DNA of 64,000 bases, taken from the NCBI RefSeq assembly GCF_006345805.1, contig NC_043014.1, positions 23,498,001-23,562,000 of the forward strand, read 5' to 3'. How positions within the stretch are numbered: the stretch's first letter is position 1; each line of letters starts with the position of its first letter. The position numbers were made by a program, and so were the translations under genes. Positions 38,291-51,425 of the stretch are shown piece after piece. The notes under the pieces are model-generated. The model was not told the origin of the DNA and made no database searches. It saw nothing but the letters and a program-made list of their open reading frames with translations. Source of the stretch: Octopus sinensis (taxonomy: Eukaryota).

Positions 38291-38465
38291 CACTCACACA
38301 CACACATGATAGGCTTTTTCAGTTTCTGTCTGCGAAATCCACTTAAAAGGCTTTGATCGGCCCCTGGCTATAGTAGAAGACATTTGCCTAGGATGTCACA
38401 TGCAGCGTGGTGAACCAGAAACTATAAGGTTGGGAAACAAAGCATTTTACTCCTGCAGCCTTGCC
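38035..38465 (-). mobile_element. SINE family A, degenerate
   Basis: Diverged reverse-complement match. Confidence 0.7.
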
Positions 38466-38479
38466 TATTTGATAGCTGT

Positions 38480-38640
38480 GGCAAAATGCTTAGCGGCATT
38501 TCGCTCGTCTTTACGTTCTGATTTCAAATTCCGCCGAGGTCGACTCTGTCTCTTATCCTTTCGGGTATCGATAAAATAATTACGAGTTAGGCAGTGGATT
38601 CGATGTAATCGACCTAAACCCTGCCCCAGTTTTAGGTCTT
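38480..38640 (+). mobile_element. SINE family B, diverged
   Basis: CAAATTCCGCCGAGGTCGAC core. Confidence 0.8.
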
Positions 38641-38991
38641 GTGACAAAATCTCAAATCAAATTTTGAGAACAGATGGTGTATGACTTGGCAGTGTTTACA
38701 GCTTCTTACATTATTGTTTGAGCTTTAACGGAAACATTAACTTTACATTACCTTGGCATGTAAGTCTTAGTTTGAAGTTCGGTCGAGAGGAAACTTTCTG
38801 ATTTGGCCTTTCATTCTATAAACCTGTTCAGCAGGGTCCCTGTGGTGAATAGAATTATGTTCGATAATGGTTGCATCAGAGGTTTCACTGTCGAATGGTT
38901 ATGAATTAATGACGTTCAAGAAGTACTTAATCATAAAACATTTTAAAATTACTTTAACTGCAGATAAAAGTTACGTATATATGTGAATGGG

Positions 38992-39059
<68 letters not shown>

Positions 39060-39115
39060 CAGAAATATTAAATTTCTAAATATCTCACAGAGATATGTAC
39101 GGTGGTGGGGCGATA

Positions 39116-39301
39116 GAGTGGTTGTATACTGTCAACTTAACGTGACAGTAAGGGAATTACACCACCGCTGTTTAGCCCTAGGAAGCATCGACGCTTCCTG
39201 CTGGAAATGTGTCGAGGCCGACAGGAAGCGTCCATGCTTCCTAGGGCTAAACAGCGGTGGTGTAATTTCCTTACTGTCACGTTAAATTGACAGTATACAA
39301 A

Positions 39302-39306
<5 letters not shown>
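39116..39306. repeat. Fold-back of the 3' end of the hammerhead element (85-bp arms, 21-nt spacer)
   Basis: 39116-39200 versus 39222-39306, 4 mismatches; spacer plus right arm homologous to about 32612-32718. Confidence 0.93.
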
Positions 39307-39345
<39 letters not shown>

Positions 39346-39358
39346 ATATATATATATC

Positions 39359-39392
<34 letters not shown>

Positions 39393-39681
39393 GATAAAAA
39401 TTCAGAAAATGGAGACGTAACGACAAAATAATTTATTAACTGCATAAATCCAACATGTTCCTTTACAGCTGTTTTCATTTTTGCCCAAAGATTAAAGTCC
39501 AGTAATTAAATCGTTGTTCTTTTTCTTTTACTTGTTTCAGTCATTTGACTGCGGGCATGCTGGAGCACCGCCTTTTGAGCAAAATCTCATCAGAGAAAAG
39601 AAATGAGATATCATTAGGTTATTATGTGAATATCATTTAGTTGCTAATAATGGTGTAAACTGGGTCCAGGAGGTATATGTA

Positions 39682-39719
<38 letters not shown>

Positions 39720-39734
39720 CATATATACATATAC

Positions 39735-39778
<44 letters not shown>

Positions 39779-39785
39779 CACACAC

Positions 39786-39839
<54 letters not shown>

Positions 39840-39949
39840 GTGTATAATATATATATATGTATATATATGTATATAGATATATATATGTATATGTATATAT
39901 GTATATACATATATATATATGTATATACATTCATACACACACACATATA

Positions 39950-40360
39950 CAATAACAGACTATAACTTTATTTATCAAAAATGCTATGAGGATAAAAATT
40001 AAACTTTTTTTCAATAATGTTATTCAACAAAGCCACCTTCAGCTTCAACAACTGCTTCTATATGAGATCCAAACCATCTACACACTCGAATCAAGTGGTC
40101 CTGGTTCATTTTGGACATTACTCTGACTATGGGCGTGTTCATTGATCTCTTTCTCAACAACGCCCCACATGTAATAATCCAATGGATTGAGATCTGGGGT
40201 ATGAGGAGGCCAGATGTTAGGGATTGTGCGATCATGAAAATTTTCAGCCATCCATTCCTGTGTTACTAGAGCCATGTGTGAGAGTGCATAGTCTTACTGA
40301 AACACATATGACCTTCCATTGCATACACTGTCTATCCAGGGCTTAATAATTATTTGCAGG
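39950..40360 (-). mobile_element. maT-like (DD37D) Tc1/mariner 3' fragment
   Basis: YVFQ*DYALSH...WPPHTPDLNPLDYYMWG; 37 residues between second and third Asp. Confidence 0.82.
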
Positions 40361-41091
40361 ACCTCAATGTAGGCGGCATTTTAAAAGCTTCATCTTCACT
40401 CAATCGCGACTTATCTTCTCGCCATATCAATTTACCCCACAAGTGTTACTGCTTATCTTTTCAAAAACAAACCCACAATATCAGTTTTAGGCCTATTTTT
40501 TCGCATCCACAAACAGCGAAAGGAATTAATATATTTTACATTATTCACGGCAAATGAGCTTTTCCAATTTCCCTGTCTTTATATTGACTGTTTTTGTCGC
40601 ATAACAAACTTCTGAACGGGGATTAATTTTCGCTTCAAAATATTAAAGGCCTTTATTTTTTTCTATTATTTTGAAATACAGATTATAACATAAAGCTTCT
40701 GAAACCTGAAATCTGTCGTATGTTCATATAATACTTCACAAAACGAAGTTCAATTTTGTTTATATGCACATGTTAAATATCCTATGCAATTTTTGAAAAG
40801 TAACATTTAATATAAATATCATATCTCACTTGAGATTCATATACAATAATAACCGTAACAAAATTCTATTTTATGTCTCAGATCAATTTATCTTAAGTGG
40901 ATTTACGGGACAGACAAACCCACGCGAAATTTATATTAAAAGCACTAATGCTAGATATAATAAAATTTAAAGAGCGAGTATGAAAACAAATTCGCTGAGC
41001 AATGCAATAAATTCGCTGACCTTGTAACAATGAAGATATTTAAAAACTGTTTAGTTGAAACGTACGAAAGCGTTTGAAGGTGCAGCAGAAT

Positions 41092-41620
41092 AAGGGCGGC
41101 GAGCTGGCAGAAGCGTTAGCACGCCGGACGAAATGCTTAGCGGTATTTCGTCTGCGGTTATGTTCTGAGTTCAAATTCCGCCGAGGTCGACTTTGTCTCT
41201 CATCCCTTTCGGGTTCGATTAAATAAGTGCTAGTTACGCACTGGGGTCGATATAATCGACTTAATTCGTTTGTCTGTCCTTGTTTGTCCTCTCTGTGCTT
41301 AGCCCCTTGTGGGTAGTAAAGAAATAGGTATTTCGTCTGCTGCTATGTTCTGAGTTCAAATTCCGCCGAGGTCGACTTTGCCTTTCATCCTTTCGAGGTC
41401 GATTAAATAAGTACCAGTTACGCACTGGGGTCGATATAATCGACTTAATCCGTCTGACTGTCCTTGTTTGTCCTCTCTGTGTTTAGTCCCTTGTGGGTAG
41501 TAAAGAAATGGGTATTTCGTCTGTCGCTACGTTCTGAGTTCAAATTCCGCCGAGGTCGACTTTGCCTTTCGGGATCGATAAAATATGCACTGGGGTCAAT
41601 GTAATCAACTTAACCCTGCC
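41092..41620 (+). mobile_element. SINE family B multimer (one head, about 2.5 bodies)
   Basis: Tandem bodies joined at GAAAT(A/G)GGTATTTCGTCTG. Confidence 0.92.
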
Positions 41621-41829
41621 CTACTATTGTAAGGAATTGCATAAAAATTGTTAAAATGTTTTGTGTATTATGGAAGTAAAATCTATTTATAGCAGATTCA
41701 TTTTAACAACAAAATCTGATATGGACCCTGTTGAGAACAGGTTTAGTTTTTGTGGAAAAGGAATCGCATTTAAAAAAAATAATGATATAGACATACTTTG
41801 TATTATCTGCTATATTATCCTAGATGTGA

Positions 41830-42160
41830 GTGAAGGCGCATGGCTCAGTGGTTAGAGCGTCGAGCTTACGATCGTGAGGTTTTGAGTTCGAATCCCGGCC
41901 CGGGCTGCGTGTTGTGCTCTTGAGCAAGACACTTTATTTCACGTTGCTCCAGTTCACTCAGCTGTAGGAATGAGTTGCGACATTACAGGTGCCAAGCTGT
42001 ATCGGCCTTTGCCTTTCCCTTCGATAACATCGGTGGCGTGGAGAGGGGAGGCCGGTATGCATGGGCGACTGCTGGTCTTTCATAAACAACCTTGCCCGGA
42101 CTTGTGCCTAGAAGGGTAATATTCTAGGTGCAATCCCATGGTCAGTCGTGACCGAGGGGG
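41830..42160 (+). mobile_element. SINE family D, tRNA-derived, full length
   Basis: A box TGGCTCAGTGG, B box GAGTTCGAATCCC, core TTGAGCAAGACACTT; non-tRNA 3' body. Confidence 0.85.
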
Positions 42161-42329
42161 GGGGGGTCTCTGCAATAAATCCTAGATGTGTCAGATGACA
42201 CACGTTATCTCTATGAATTTGTTGCACCACTTATTGTGTTGATCTGAATATCATAAAGACAGGAAAGGTATTCTACATAAAGTTTGCTATGAGTCATACA
42301 GGTAATTGCTGTTGGTGTTGCTGTTGATG

Positions 42330-42682
42330 TTGCTGTTGCTGCTGTTGAGCGAAAGGTCTTCGTCCCAGAGCTCGCAAGATGGGATAAGTCCGAAACTTGG
42401 TCCTTTGCTATTCGTAAGACCCGCAGAAGAGAAAGCAGGTCAACCCCCGACCCCGAGATCATCGACGGATGGATGAAAGCGCATCCAGGCTCAGCGGATG
42501 CGTAGGAAGTCGGAGACGAGAAACAGGAAAAAAGAGTGAGAGAAAGTTGGAGCGAAAGAGTACAACAGGGGTCGCCACCACCCCCTGCTCAATAAACACA
42601 CACAACGCCCGGTCTGGGAATCGAAACCGAGATCCTCCGACCGCGAGTTCGCTGCTCTAACCACTGGGCCATTGCGCCTCCT
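42330..42682 (-). mobile_element. SINE family C head with a third tail type ending (CAA/CAG)n
   Basis: Head matches family C; 3' part unrelated to the other C tails. Confidence 0.75.
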
Positions 42683-43516
42683 GCTGTTGGTGTTGTTGAA
42701 GCACTTTACAAAAAAAAAGAAAAAAAACAACGTTCATGGAATGGTATATCGCCAGCTTTCTATTAAATCTCTGCTATCTTGATGACCGTTCTCGCATCGT
42801 CGTGTTCTCCAGAGTGCTCCTTCTGAAACTCCTAACAAATATAGATATATATTAGGAATACAATAGGACAAACATGATTAAACAGTAAAGTTACAGAGTG
42901 AAAGAATTTCAACATCTCTTTCAATAATACATTTGAGAAAAATTATTGGTGTTTTTTCTTTTAAGAAAAACAGAAAACATTTCTTTTCAGAAATGGATAT
43001 GGTACAATTTGTGTTGTGCATCGTTAATAGAAAGACACTTTTTTTTTTTACTTAAAATTAGTATTTGCGTTTTTTTTTTTATCTTTGAACAATTTCGAGC
43101 AAATCAAGTGCTTTGCATCTCCTTTAACTAAAGAGTTCTTTAAGTTTATGGATACATACAATGTTGATTTTAATTGCTTTGATGTCAATATTCTGGACAA
43201 TTATCTCGCTTACGTAAATTTTCAATGATCGAAATATTATTGCCGTATCAACGAGATTCGTGTGAGGAGATGTGTTGTTAAAATTGAATGTTTACCATGA
43301 TAACAGGTTGCATTGTTGCGGAGTTGCTAACGATTCTGCCAGCTCACCGTTGCCTTACCGCTCAAGTACTTGGGTTGATATAATCGACTGTTCCACTCCT
43401 CAACAATTTCTGGCTTTTGTGTCTATGTTCCAAATAATTATTTAGCTTTGCAAAATCGTAAACACCAACATAATACACACATACACACACGTATTTTATC
43501 AAAGAAATTATTTTAT

Positions 43517-43935
43517 AAGGCGACGAGCTGGCAGAAACGTTAGCACGCCGGGCGAAATGCGTAGCCGTATTTCGTCTACCGTTACGTTCTCAGTTCAAAT
43601 TCCACCGAGGTCGACTTTGCCTTTCATTCTTTCGAGGTCGATTAAATAAGTGCCAGTTACGCACTGGGGTCGATATAATCGAGTTAATCCGTCTGTCTGT
43701 CCTTGTTTGTCTCCTCTGTGTTTAGCCCCTTGTGGGTAGTAATGAAATAGGTATTTCGTCTGCCGTTATGTTCTGGGTTAAAATTCCGCCGAGGTCGACT
43801 TTGCCTTTTATCCTTTCGGGGTCGATTAAATAAGTACCAGTTACGCACTGGGGTCGATGTAATCGACTTGATCCGTTTTTCTGTCCTTGTTTGTGTCCTC
43901 TGTGCTTATCCCCTTGTGGGTAGTAAAGAAATAGA
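43517..43935 (+). mobile_element. SINE family B dimer
   Basis: One head plus two bodies. Confidence 0.92.
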
Positions 43936-44334
43936 AATTATCTTCTTTTCCACAGCCATACGACATAGTTGCAACTTAAACTGGTATCAAACAAATAGTA
44001 TTTTTAGTTTAACTGCAATTAGTCCAGATTGGGCAAAATATTTCTGCCTTTTTGCCATCCATCTTCTTTTAGCAGTAGTCTACCTAACACTACATTTTAC
44101 AATATGGGTAATCTGGCATGCGCATTTCAGCCAGTACCTAATTAAAATAGCCATAGCCATCTATATATCATACTCAATGTATTCACACTGTGAATTGGCT
44201 ACTTAGTGTAGCATTTGTCCTGTTGTAACATTCCTCGTGGATTTAAAGGCCTAAATGCATCTCACACATTTGATGTCCTCTACTGGGACGAATCTTCGTA
44301 TCTCTCTCATATTTATCTTCATTTCCTTTTCTCT

Positions 44335-44520
44335 TTTATTTGTTTCAGTCATTGGACTGCGGCCATGCTGGGGCTCAGCCTCGAAGAGTTTAGTTGAATA
44401 GATCGACTCCAGTACTTATGATTTTTTAAAATCTCGTACTTATTCTATTGGTAATTTTTGTCTAACGGGGACATAAAATAACCAACATCGGTTATCAAGT
44501 GGTGGTGGGTTGGGAGACAA
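44335..44520 (-). mobile_element. SINE family A 3' half, diverged
   Basis: GTTTCAGTCATTGGACTGCGGCCATGCTGG. Confidence 0.75.
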
Positions 44521-44635
44521 AGCACAAACACAAACATGTAGATACCCTCATCACGTATATAGACACATACACATACACAGACACATACTCACACACACAC
44601 AAACACACACACACACATACATACACACACGCACA

Positions 44636-45062
44636 TATTGGGTCATGCTATAAATAATACGTTTTTTTTAGTTGTATGAACTACAAGTCGGAGAGGGACA
44701 GGATAAACTACCTACATCAACTTGCTATAAAAGCAGGTAGTAATTATACCTTGTATTTATTCTTAGTGCAAGTTTTGAAGAATACAGTTCGATTTTAACA
44801 GTTATTTTTTCAAAGCTATAATGGAAGTGACAAAGGAGCATATTCGGCATATTTTGCTTTATGAGTTCAATAATGCAACAACGCAACGGAAAGTGCGGGG
44901 AATATTAATGCAGTATATGGGAATCGGACAATAAGCGTAAGCGAGTTTCAACGGTGGTTCCAGAAATTCTGAGCTGCAAACTACAACCTAGAAGACGAAC
45001 CTCGTCCTGAAAATATGTAGAACTGGACGAAGACGTCCTGCAAACCCTGGTGGAACAAAATC
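44636..45062 (+). mobile_element. mariner 5' end (TIR-like sequence and HTH), truncated by a SINE
   Basis: ATG at 44821: MEVTKEHIRHILLYEFN, INAVYG, QRWFQKF, NLEDEPRP. Confidence 0.82.
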
Positions 45063-45067
45063 GTAGC

Positions 45068-45315
45068 GGTAGACGAAATACCTATTTCTTTATTACCCAC
45101 AAGGGGCTAAACACAGAGGGGACAAACAAGGACAGACATAGGTATTAAGTCGATTACATCGACCCCAGTGCGTAACTGGTACTTAATTTATCAACCCCGA
45201 AAGGATGAAAGGCAAAGTCGACCTCGGCGGATTTTGAACTCACAACGTAACGCAGACGAAATACCGCTAAGTATTTCGCTCGGCGTGCTAACGTTTCTGC
45301 CAGGTCGCCGCCAAT
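45068..45315 (-). mobile_element. SINE family B
   Basis: Family consensus. Confidence 0.92.
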
Positions 45316-45904
45316 CATACATACATACTAACACATGATTATACACTCCGATCCAATCCCCCTCCCACACTCATATATTTGTGTTTATTCATGTCCACAT
45401 GTTTGTGAGTTTATCTGTATAATATGCAGATAAACTTGTTTCTCACAGGAAACAAAAACAAAAACTCGAAATTGCTTGGCATTTTAACAATCTCTTTGAT
45501 AGTTTACTAATTGATTTTGCGTAATTATTACAATTAGAGTGATTTACTCCTTCCAATAGTAAACGGTATGTTTAATACGTTCCATGTTAGATGTTAGAAT
45601 AATCACCATGGTGATATGATTAACATAAGCTACTTTTAATGAGAGGTTAGAGATTAGCTTTACTTCAGATTTCTTTGAAGAAGCTGATGCAGAAGATAAA
45701 TTAAGCCCCAAGATTTCACCATGAATCGACAAAATATCTGATCAAGCAGAAGCAGACATGTCATAGCATTCCAGCCATGGCCATATCCTCTTACTGTGGC
45801 TGTGTGCTACTCCACGTATTTTGATCCAAGTTTGCTCCATGCCTTGTGATGTTGGATTATCTCTTTCCCTCAGCAGTCTAAATCTTTGTTGATATTTCTA
45901 TTAG

Positions 45905-46320
45905 ATTTAATGATGCGAGTTGGCAGAAACGTTAATACGCCGGGCGAAATAAATAGCGGTATTTCGTCTGCCGCTACGTTCTGAGTTCAAATTCCGCCAG
46001 GGTTGGCTTTGCCTTTCATCCTTTCGGGATCGATAAATTAAGTACCAGTTACGCAATGGGGTCGATGTAATCGATTTAATCAGTTTGTCTGTCCTTGTTT
46101 GTCCCCTCTGTGTGTAGTCCCTTGTGGGCAATGAAGAAATAAGAAACGTTAACACACCGATCAAAATGCGTAGTGGCATTTCATCCGTCTTTATGTTCCG
46201 AGTTCAAGTACCGCCGAGGTCATCTTTACCTTACATCCTTTCAGGGTTGATAAAATAAGTTGAACACTGGGATCGATGATGATATAAACTTAACCCTTCT
46301 TCCGAAATTGCTGGCCTTGT
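45905..46320 (+). mobile_element. SINE family B, 1.5 units
   Basis: Family consensus. Confidence 0.85.
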
Positions 46321-46374
46321 GCCAAAACTTGAAACCAATATTTCAATTAGATTAATTTCCATATATCGTTTGTT

Positions 46375-46755
46375 TTATTGTTTACTTGTTTCAATTATTG
46401 ATCTGCGGCCATGGTGGTGCACTGCCCAGCAGCGTTTAGTCGAAGAAATCGCCCCCAGCATTTATATTCTAAGTCTGGTACTTATTCTATCGATTCCTGT
46501 CCCGAGCCGCTAAGTTACGTGAAGTAAAAAAAAAACATCACCGGTTCTCAAATAGTGGGGACACAAATATGCAGACACGCACGCACTCACATATACAAAA
46601 GGGGTTTCCGCATAGTTTCCATCTGTTAAACTTACTCACAAGGTATTTGTCGGCCCTGGGCTATAGTAAAAGACACTCGTCCAAGGCGCTACGCAGTGGA
46701 TCTGAACTCAATACCACGTGACGTAGCTGCATAGCAAGAGTCTTAACCACAAGCT
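46375..46755 (-). mobile_element. SINE family A, degenerate
   Basis: Diverged reverse-complement match. Confidence 0.65.
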
Positions 46756-46879
46756 ATTCTTAGGTCTATACAGTAATCTCTTGACTATCGCGGGTGTTGC
46801 GTTGTACCCCCACTTCCCACGATAGGCGAAAATCCGCGAAGTAGAAACAGAACTGTACTGTATATCTTTTTTATTATGC

Positions 46880-47212
46880 CCACGGGCATATGGCGTAGTG
46901 TTTAAGAGCGCGGGCTACTAACTCCAAGATTCCGAGCTCGATTCCAGGCAGTGACCTGAATAATAATAATAATGATGATGATGATGATGATAATAATAAT
47001 AATATAAATAATAATAATAATAATAATAAATATCAAAGGGTAATCAGAAATATTAGAAATTTCCATTGCCAGTGGAAATAATAACAACATCGAAAACCCA
47101 GGTTCGAAATTTCTCCAAGACACCTGATGAAGGCTGGAGGGTGTATCAGCCGAACCGTTGTGTCAACACCAAACAAGATGAGGACAAATATCCGTCAAAT
47201 GTAAATATTGTA
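46880..47212 (+). mobile_element. tRNA-headed short element with (AAT)n middle and hammerhead tail
   Basis: A-box-like TGGCGTAGTG 46891-46900; B-box-like GCTCGATTCC 46936-46945; hammerhead at 47119-47164. Confidence 0.72.
47119..47164 (+). ncRNA. Minimal type I hammerhead with A15.1-to-C change
   Basis: GACAC-CTGATGA-a-GGCTG gagggtgtat CAGCC-GAAC-C-GTT-GTGTC; stem I 5 bp and stem II 5 bp perfect. Confidence 0.75.
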
Positions 47213-47606
47213 TTTATTTATTTTATTATAAATACAAAACAACACCACAGAGGAATCAACGTAAGCTTAAATAATAAACCGCGATAGGTGAACCGCGATA
47301 CGGCGAGGGATTACTGTATAGGAATATAAAAAAAGAGAATCAGGTTGCTCTTTTCACTTTTTAATAATGATTTCTCAACACAATAGAAACTTAGAGTGAT
47401 TCTCTCCCTTGAAGTAGCACGGCTTTCTCTTAAGTAGCAATTTCCAGTAATTCTACCATGTGTAGAAAGCAAAAAACATTGACTGATATAAATCTAGTGT
47501 CTGGTTCTTGAATGTAAGGTCAACACTTCTTACAAAAGTCCACGGGAAAGTCTAGTGGACTAGAAATCAGAACTAGAAATAAACTTTTATTCAGACAGTG
47601 AGTTTT

Positions 47607-47683
<77 letters not shown>

Positions 47684-47705
47684 TGTATATATACATGTAT
47701 GTATG

Positions 47706-47737
<32 letters not shown>

Positions 47738-47759
47738 TGTATGTATGTATGTATGTATG

Positions 47760-47942
47760 TCAGGAGTGGCTGTGTGGTAAGTAGCTTGCTTATCAATCAC
47801 ATGGTTCCGGGTTCAGTCCCACTGCCTGGCACCTGGGCAAGTGTCTTCTACTATAGCCTCGGGCCGACCAAAGCCTTGTGAGTGGATTTGGTAGAATGAA
47901 ACTGAAAGAAGCCCGTCGTATATATGTATATGTATATATATA

Positions 47943-47984
<42 letters not shown>

Positions 47985-48205
47985 TGTGTTTGTGTGTCTG
48001 CTGTGTTTGTCCCCCCACAACATCGCTTGACAACCGATGTTGGTGTGTTTACGTCCCTGTAACTTAGCGGTTCGGCAAAAGAGACCGATAGAATAAGTAC
48101 TAGGCTTACAAGGAATAAGTCCTGGGGGCGATTCGCTCAAATTAAGGCGGTGCACCAGCATGGCCGCAGTCAAATGACTGAAACAAGTAAAAAGAGTAAA
48201 AGAGT
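47760..48205 (+). mobile_element. SINE family A, full length
   Basis: Family consensus. Confidence 0.93.
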
Positions 48206-48328
48206 ATATATATATATATATGATGTATCATGAATGGAATATATGTTTGTATGTATATAAGTATACACAAGCACCACACACACACACACAGACCCACACA
48301 CACAACACACACACACACACACACACAC

Positions 48329-48375
<47 letters not shown>

Positions 48376-48822
48376 TATAAAACATATATAGAATACCTAC
48401 TTACAGCTAATTGGACTGAGTGCAGATGAGTAAAGTGTTTCTTTCGAAAGTTTATACAGAGAAATGCTATTGTTGACATTCAGAAATAATTTTAGTCCGT
48501 GCCGGCAGTTAGTAATCCAATCGACTTAATCGATCGCGAATCCACTCAGTCTGTAACTGTCATCAATTTACATAAACAATTGATATATAATGCAATCGAT
48601 CTGTTGATTGTTGTGTAGTCTTCGCTAAATGTTTTACCAATAATGCTACAGTGAAGGAATCTATTTCTAAAGACTAGTTTATTAATCCGCAATATCAAGA
48701 GATTTCATGTTCAGCTTCCTTTCCATATATAGAATGTATTTTTGATTGTTTTAGTAATATCCTATTTAAAAGCACTCGTTAACTTATCTTGATGAGCTCG
48801 TCTATAACTGGTTTCTTTTGAA

Positions 48823-49072
48823 CAGTGGTTCTCAACGGAGGTTCATATAAGATTATGTTGCATAACTTTGTGCGCAATAAATTGCTTATAATTCTGCGAT
48901 GCACAAACTATTTTATTGTTTTTAAACAAATTCTTAATAGTATCTAATTTTTAGAATACAGTAGGATGTTTTTTATATATACTTTAAATGGTTTTGCAGG
49001 TGCAAAACAGTAAAATAGGAATCAGAAAGGGTCCATAGGTAAAACAAATAAAAAAATGGTTGACAACCAATG
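48823..49072. mobile_element. hAT-like MITE
   Basis: CAGTGGTTCTCAAC ... GGTTGACAACCAATG ends; 8-bp flanks only partly similar. Confidence 0.55.
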
Positions 49073-49147
49073 CTCCAGGAAAATTGAAATGTTGGTAACA
49101 AAATAGACACTCGCACGCACGCACGAAGACATAGACTGTGGTTAAGG

Positions 49148-49400
<253 letters not shown>

Positions 49401-49739
49401 GTCGATGTGTGTGCAGATGGATGTGTATGCGTGCGTGCGTGAAGGCGCGTGGCCCAGTGGTTAGATGTTGCACTGAAGACCACTTTGCTTATTACAAAAT
49501 TCTTGTAATTTCTAGTTAGCGGTAATCAAGTATAGCACTATTTCATTCTTTTTAAAGATCACCAGCATGACATGAGCCGTGGGTGAAGATATTTACAGTT
49601 TGGAGGAAATTCATAGAGTGTTTTGTTTCTTCATTGAATGGTAGAAGTGGTAACTGAAAGAAAATAAGGGAAGTTCTTGGTGTTTACATACGGGATAACT
49701 GTTTCCAGGGAAGTTAACCTTGTGAAGTATGCATATACT

Positions 49740-50045
49740 CTTACTCTCTTTACTCTCTTTTACTTGTTTCAGACATTTGACTGCGGCCATGCTGGAGCAC
49801 CGCCTTTAGTCGAGCAAATCGTCCCCAGGACTTATTCTTTATAAGCCTAGTACTTATTCTATCGGTCTCTTTCGTTCTGAGTTCAAATTCCGCCGAGGTC
49901 GACTTTGCCTTTCATCCATTCGGGGTCGATAAATTAAGTACCAGTTACGCTCTGGGGTCGATATAATCGACTTAATCCGTTTGTCTGTCCTTGTTTGTCC
50001 CCTCTGTGTCTAGCCCCTTGTGGGTAGTAAAGAAATAGGTATTAA
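49740..50045. mobile_element. SINE A 3' end (minus) fused to a headless SINE B body (plus)
   Basis: Junction near 49872. Confidence 0.85.
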
Positions 50046-50905
50046 GTATGTTCTCCGACCAAAACCTTATTATCAATATTTTTCGATATTACTGTGATCA
50101 TGCTATGGTATGTCTGTAAAGTGTATTTTTAAATCGTTTTATTTTTTTAATGCGAAATGTAAGCACAACAGTTGTCATGGAAACAAAATTTCCCAGGCGA
50201 TGCCAACATAATGCTTATAAATAATTAAAGATAAATAATGCATCTATGGTAAACAAATAAGAAATCTATTGTTACTTCAGTTAATCAACGTCATTAGATT
50301 TATACCTGTGATTATTTTGGTGATGAAATATATAATGAACTGCATCAATGCTAATCATTAAAAGCTGTCATGGTGACATAGTATAATTATCTAAACTGTA
50401 AATAATCCGTCTTAAATGAAATGTTTCTTATCATAAAATGTTTTCTAATTAATAAGTTACTGGTTATCTCACGAAATAGTGCTACACGTTATTACCACAA
50501 ACTAGAAGTTGCAAAAGTACTTCATAATAAGCAAAGAGATCGTGAGTGCAACACCTTACACACACACCCACACACACCCACCCACACACACACATACACA
50601 CACACACACACACAAAGACACACACACATGCACGCACACACACATTATAATTGTAATACAGAAGTTTGACATGTAATAGGGTGTGCAACCACATGTAGAC
50701 ACGTAAATACACGTACGTCTATATAATATAAACAGAAGTCAAGCTAGCAAGTCTGTGCTGCAATGACGTTCATGCTAGCACACATACACACACATGCACA
50801 CTACGCGCAAACACACATGCAAACACACATTAGAATTGTAATATAGAAGTTTAACACGTAATAGGGTATATAGCCACATATAGAGAGGTACACACACATG
50901 TGCAT

Positions 50906-50937
<32 letters not shown>

Positions 50938-51042
50938 ACGGGAAGCTTTATGAAAATAAACAAAAGACGTAGGCAGGTGGAATATAAACAAACAATTGTA
51001 TTAGTAATATTAATATATATATATATATATCTATATATATAT

Positions 51043-51425
51043 GGAGTGGCTGTGTGGTAAGTAGCTTGCATACCAACCACATGGTTCCGGGTTCAGTCCC
51101 ACTGCGTGGACCTGGGGAAAGTGTCTTCTACTATAGCCTCGGGCCGACCAAAGCCTTGTGAGTGGATTTGGCAGACGGAAACTGAAAGAAGCCCGTCGTA
51201 TATATGTATATGTATATATATATATGTGTGTTTGTGTGTCTGTATTTGTCCCCTCCCCCAACATCGCTTGACAACCGATACTGGTGTGTTTACGTCACCG
51301 TAACTTAGCAGTTCAGCAAAAGCGACCGATAAAATAAGTACTAGGCTTACAAAGCATAAGTCCTGGGGTCGATTTGCTCGACTAAAGGCGATGCTCCAGC
51401 ATGGCCCGCAGTAAAAAAGTAAAAG
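51043..51425 (+). mobile_element. SINE family A, full length
   Basis: Family consensus. Confidence 0.92.

Larger units (their letters stand above)
46771..47316. mobile_element. Tigger/pogo-like MITE with TA TSD hosting a nested SINE
   Basis: TA-CAGTAATC...TATCGCGG at the left end; CCGCGATA...GATTACTG-TA at the right end. Confidence 0.72.

Noticed and set aside
41830-41905. tRNA-like sequence, also the heads of SINE A and C and 46880
   Set aside because: A and B boxes are present but there is no complete acceptor stem; each continues into a SINE body.
42385-42415. GGA-taag-TCC-GAAAC-ttg-GTC hammerhead half
   Set aside because: The CUGANGA half is missing and it is antisense to a SINE tail; probably chance.
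45544-45732. 62-aa minus ORF as a possible host exon
   Set aside because: No domain recognised and no supporting splice context or neighbouring exons.
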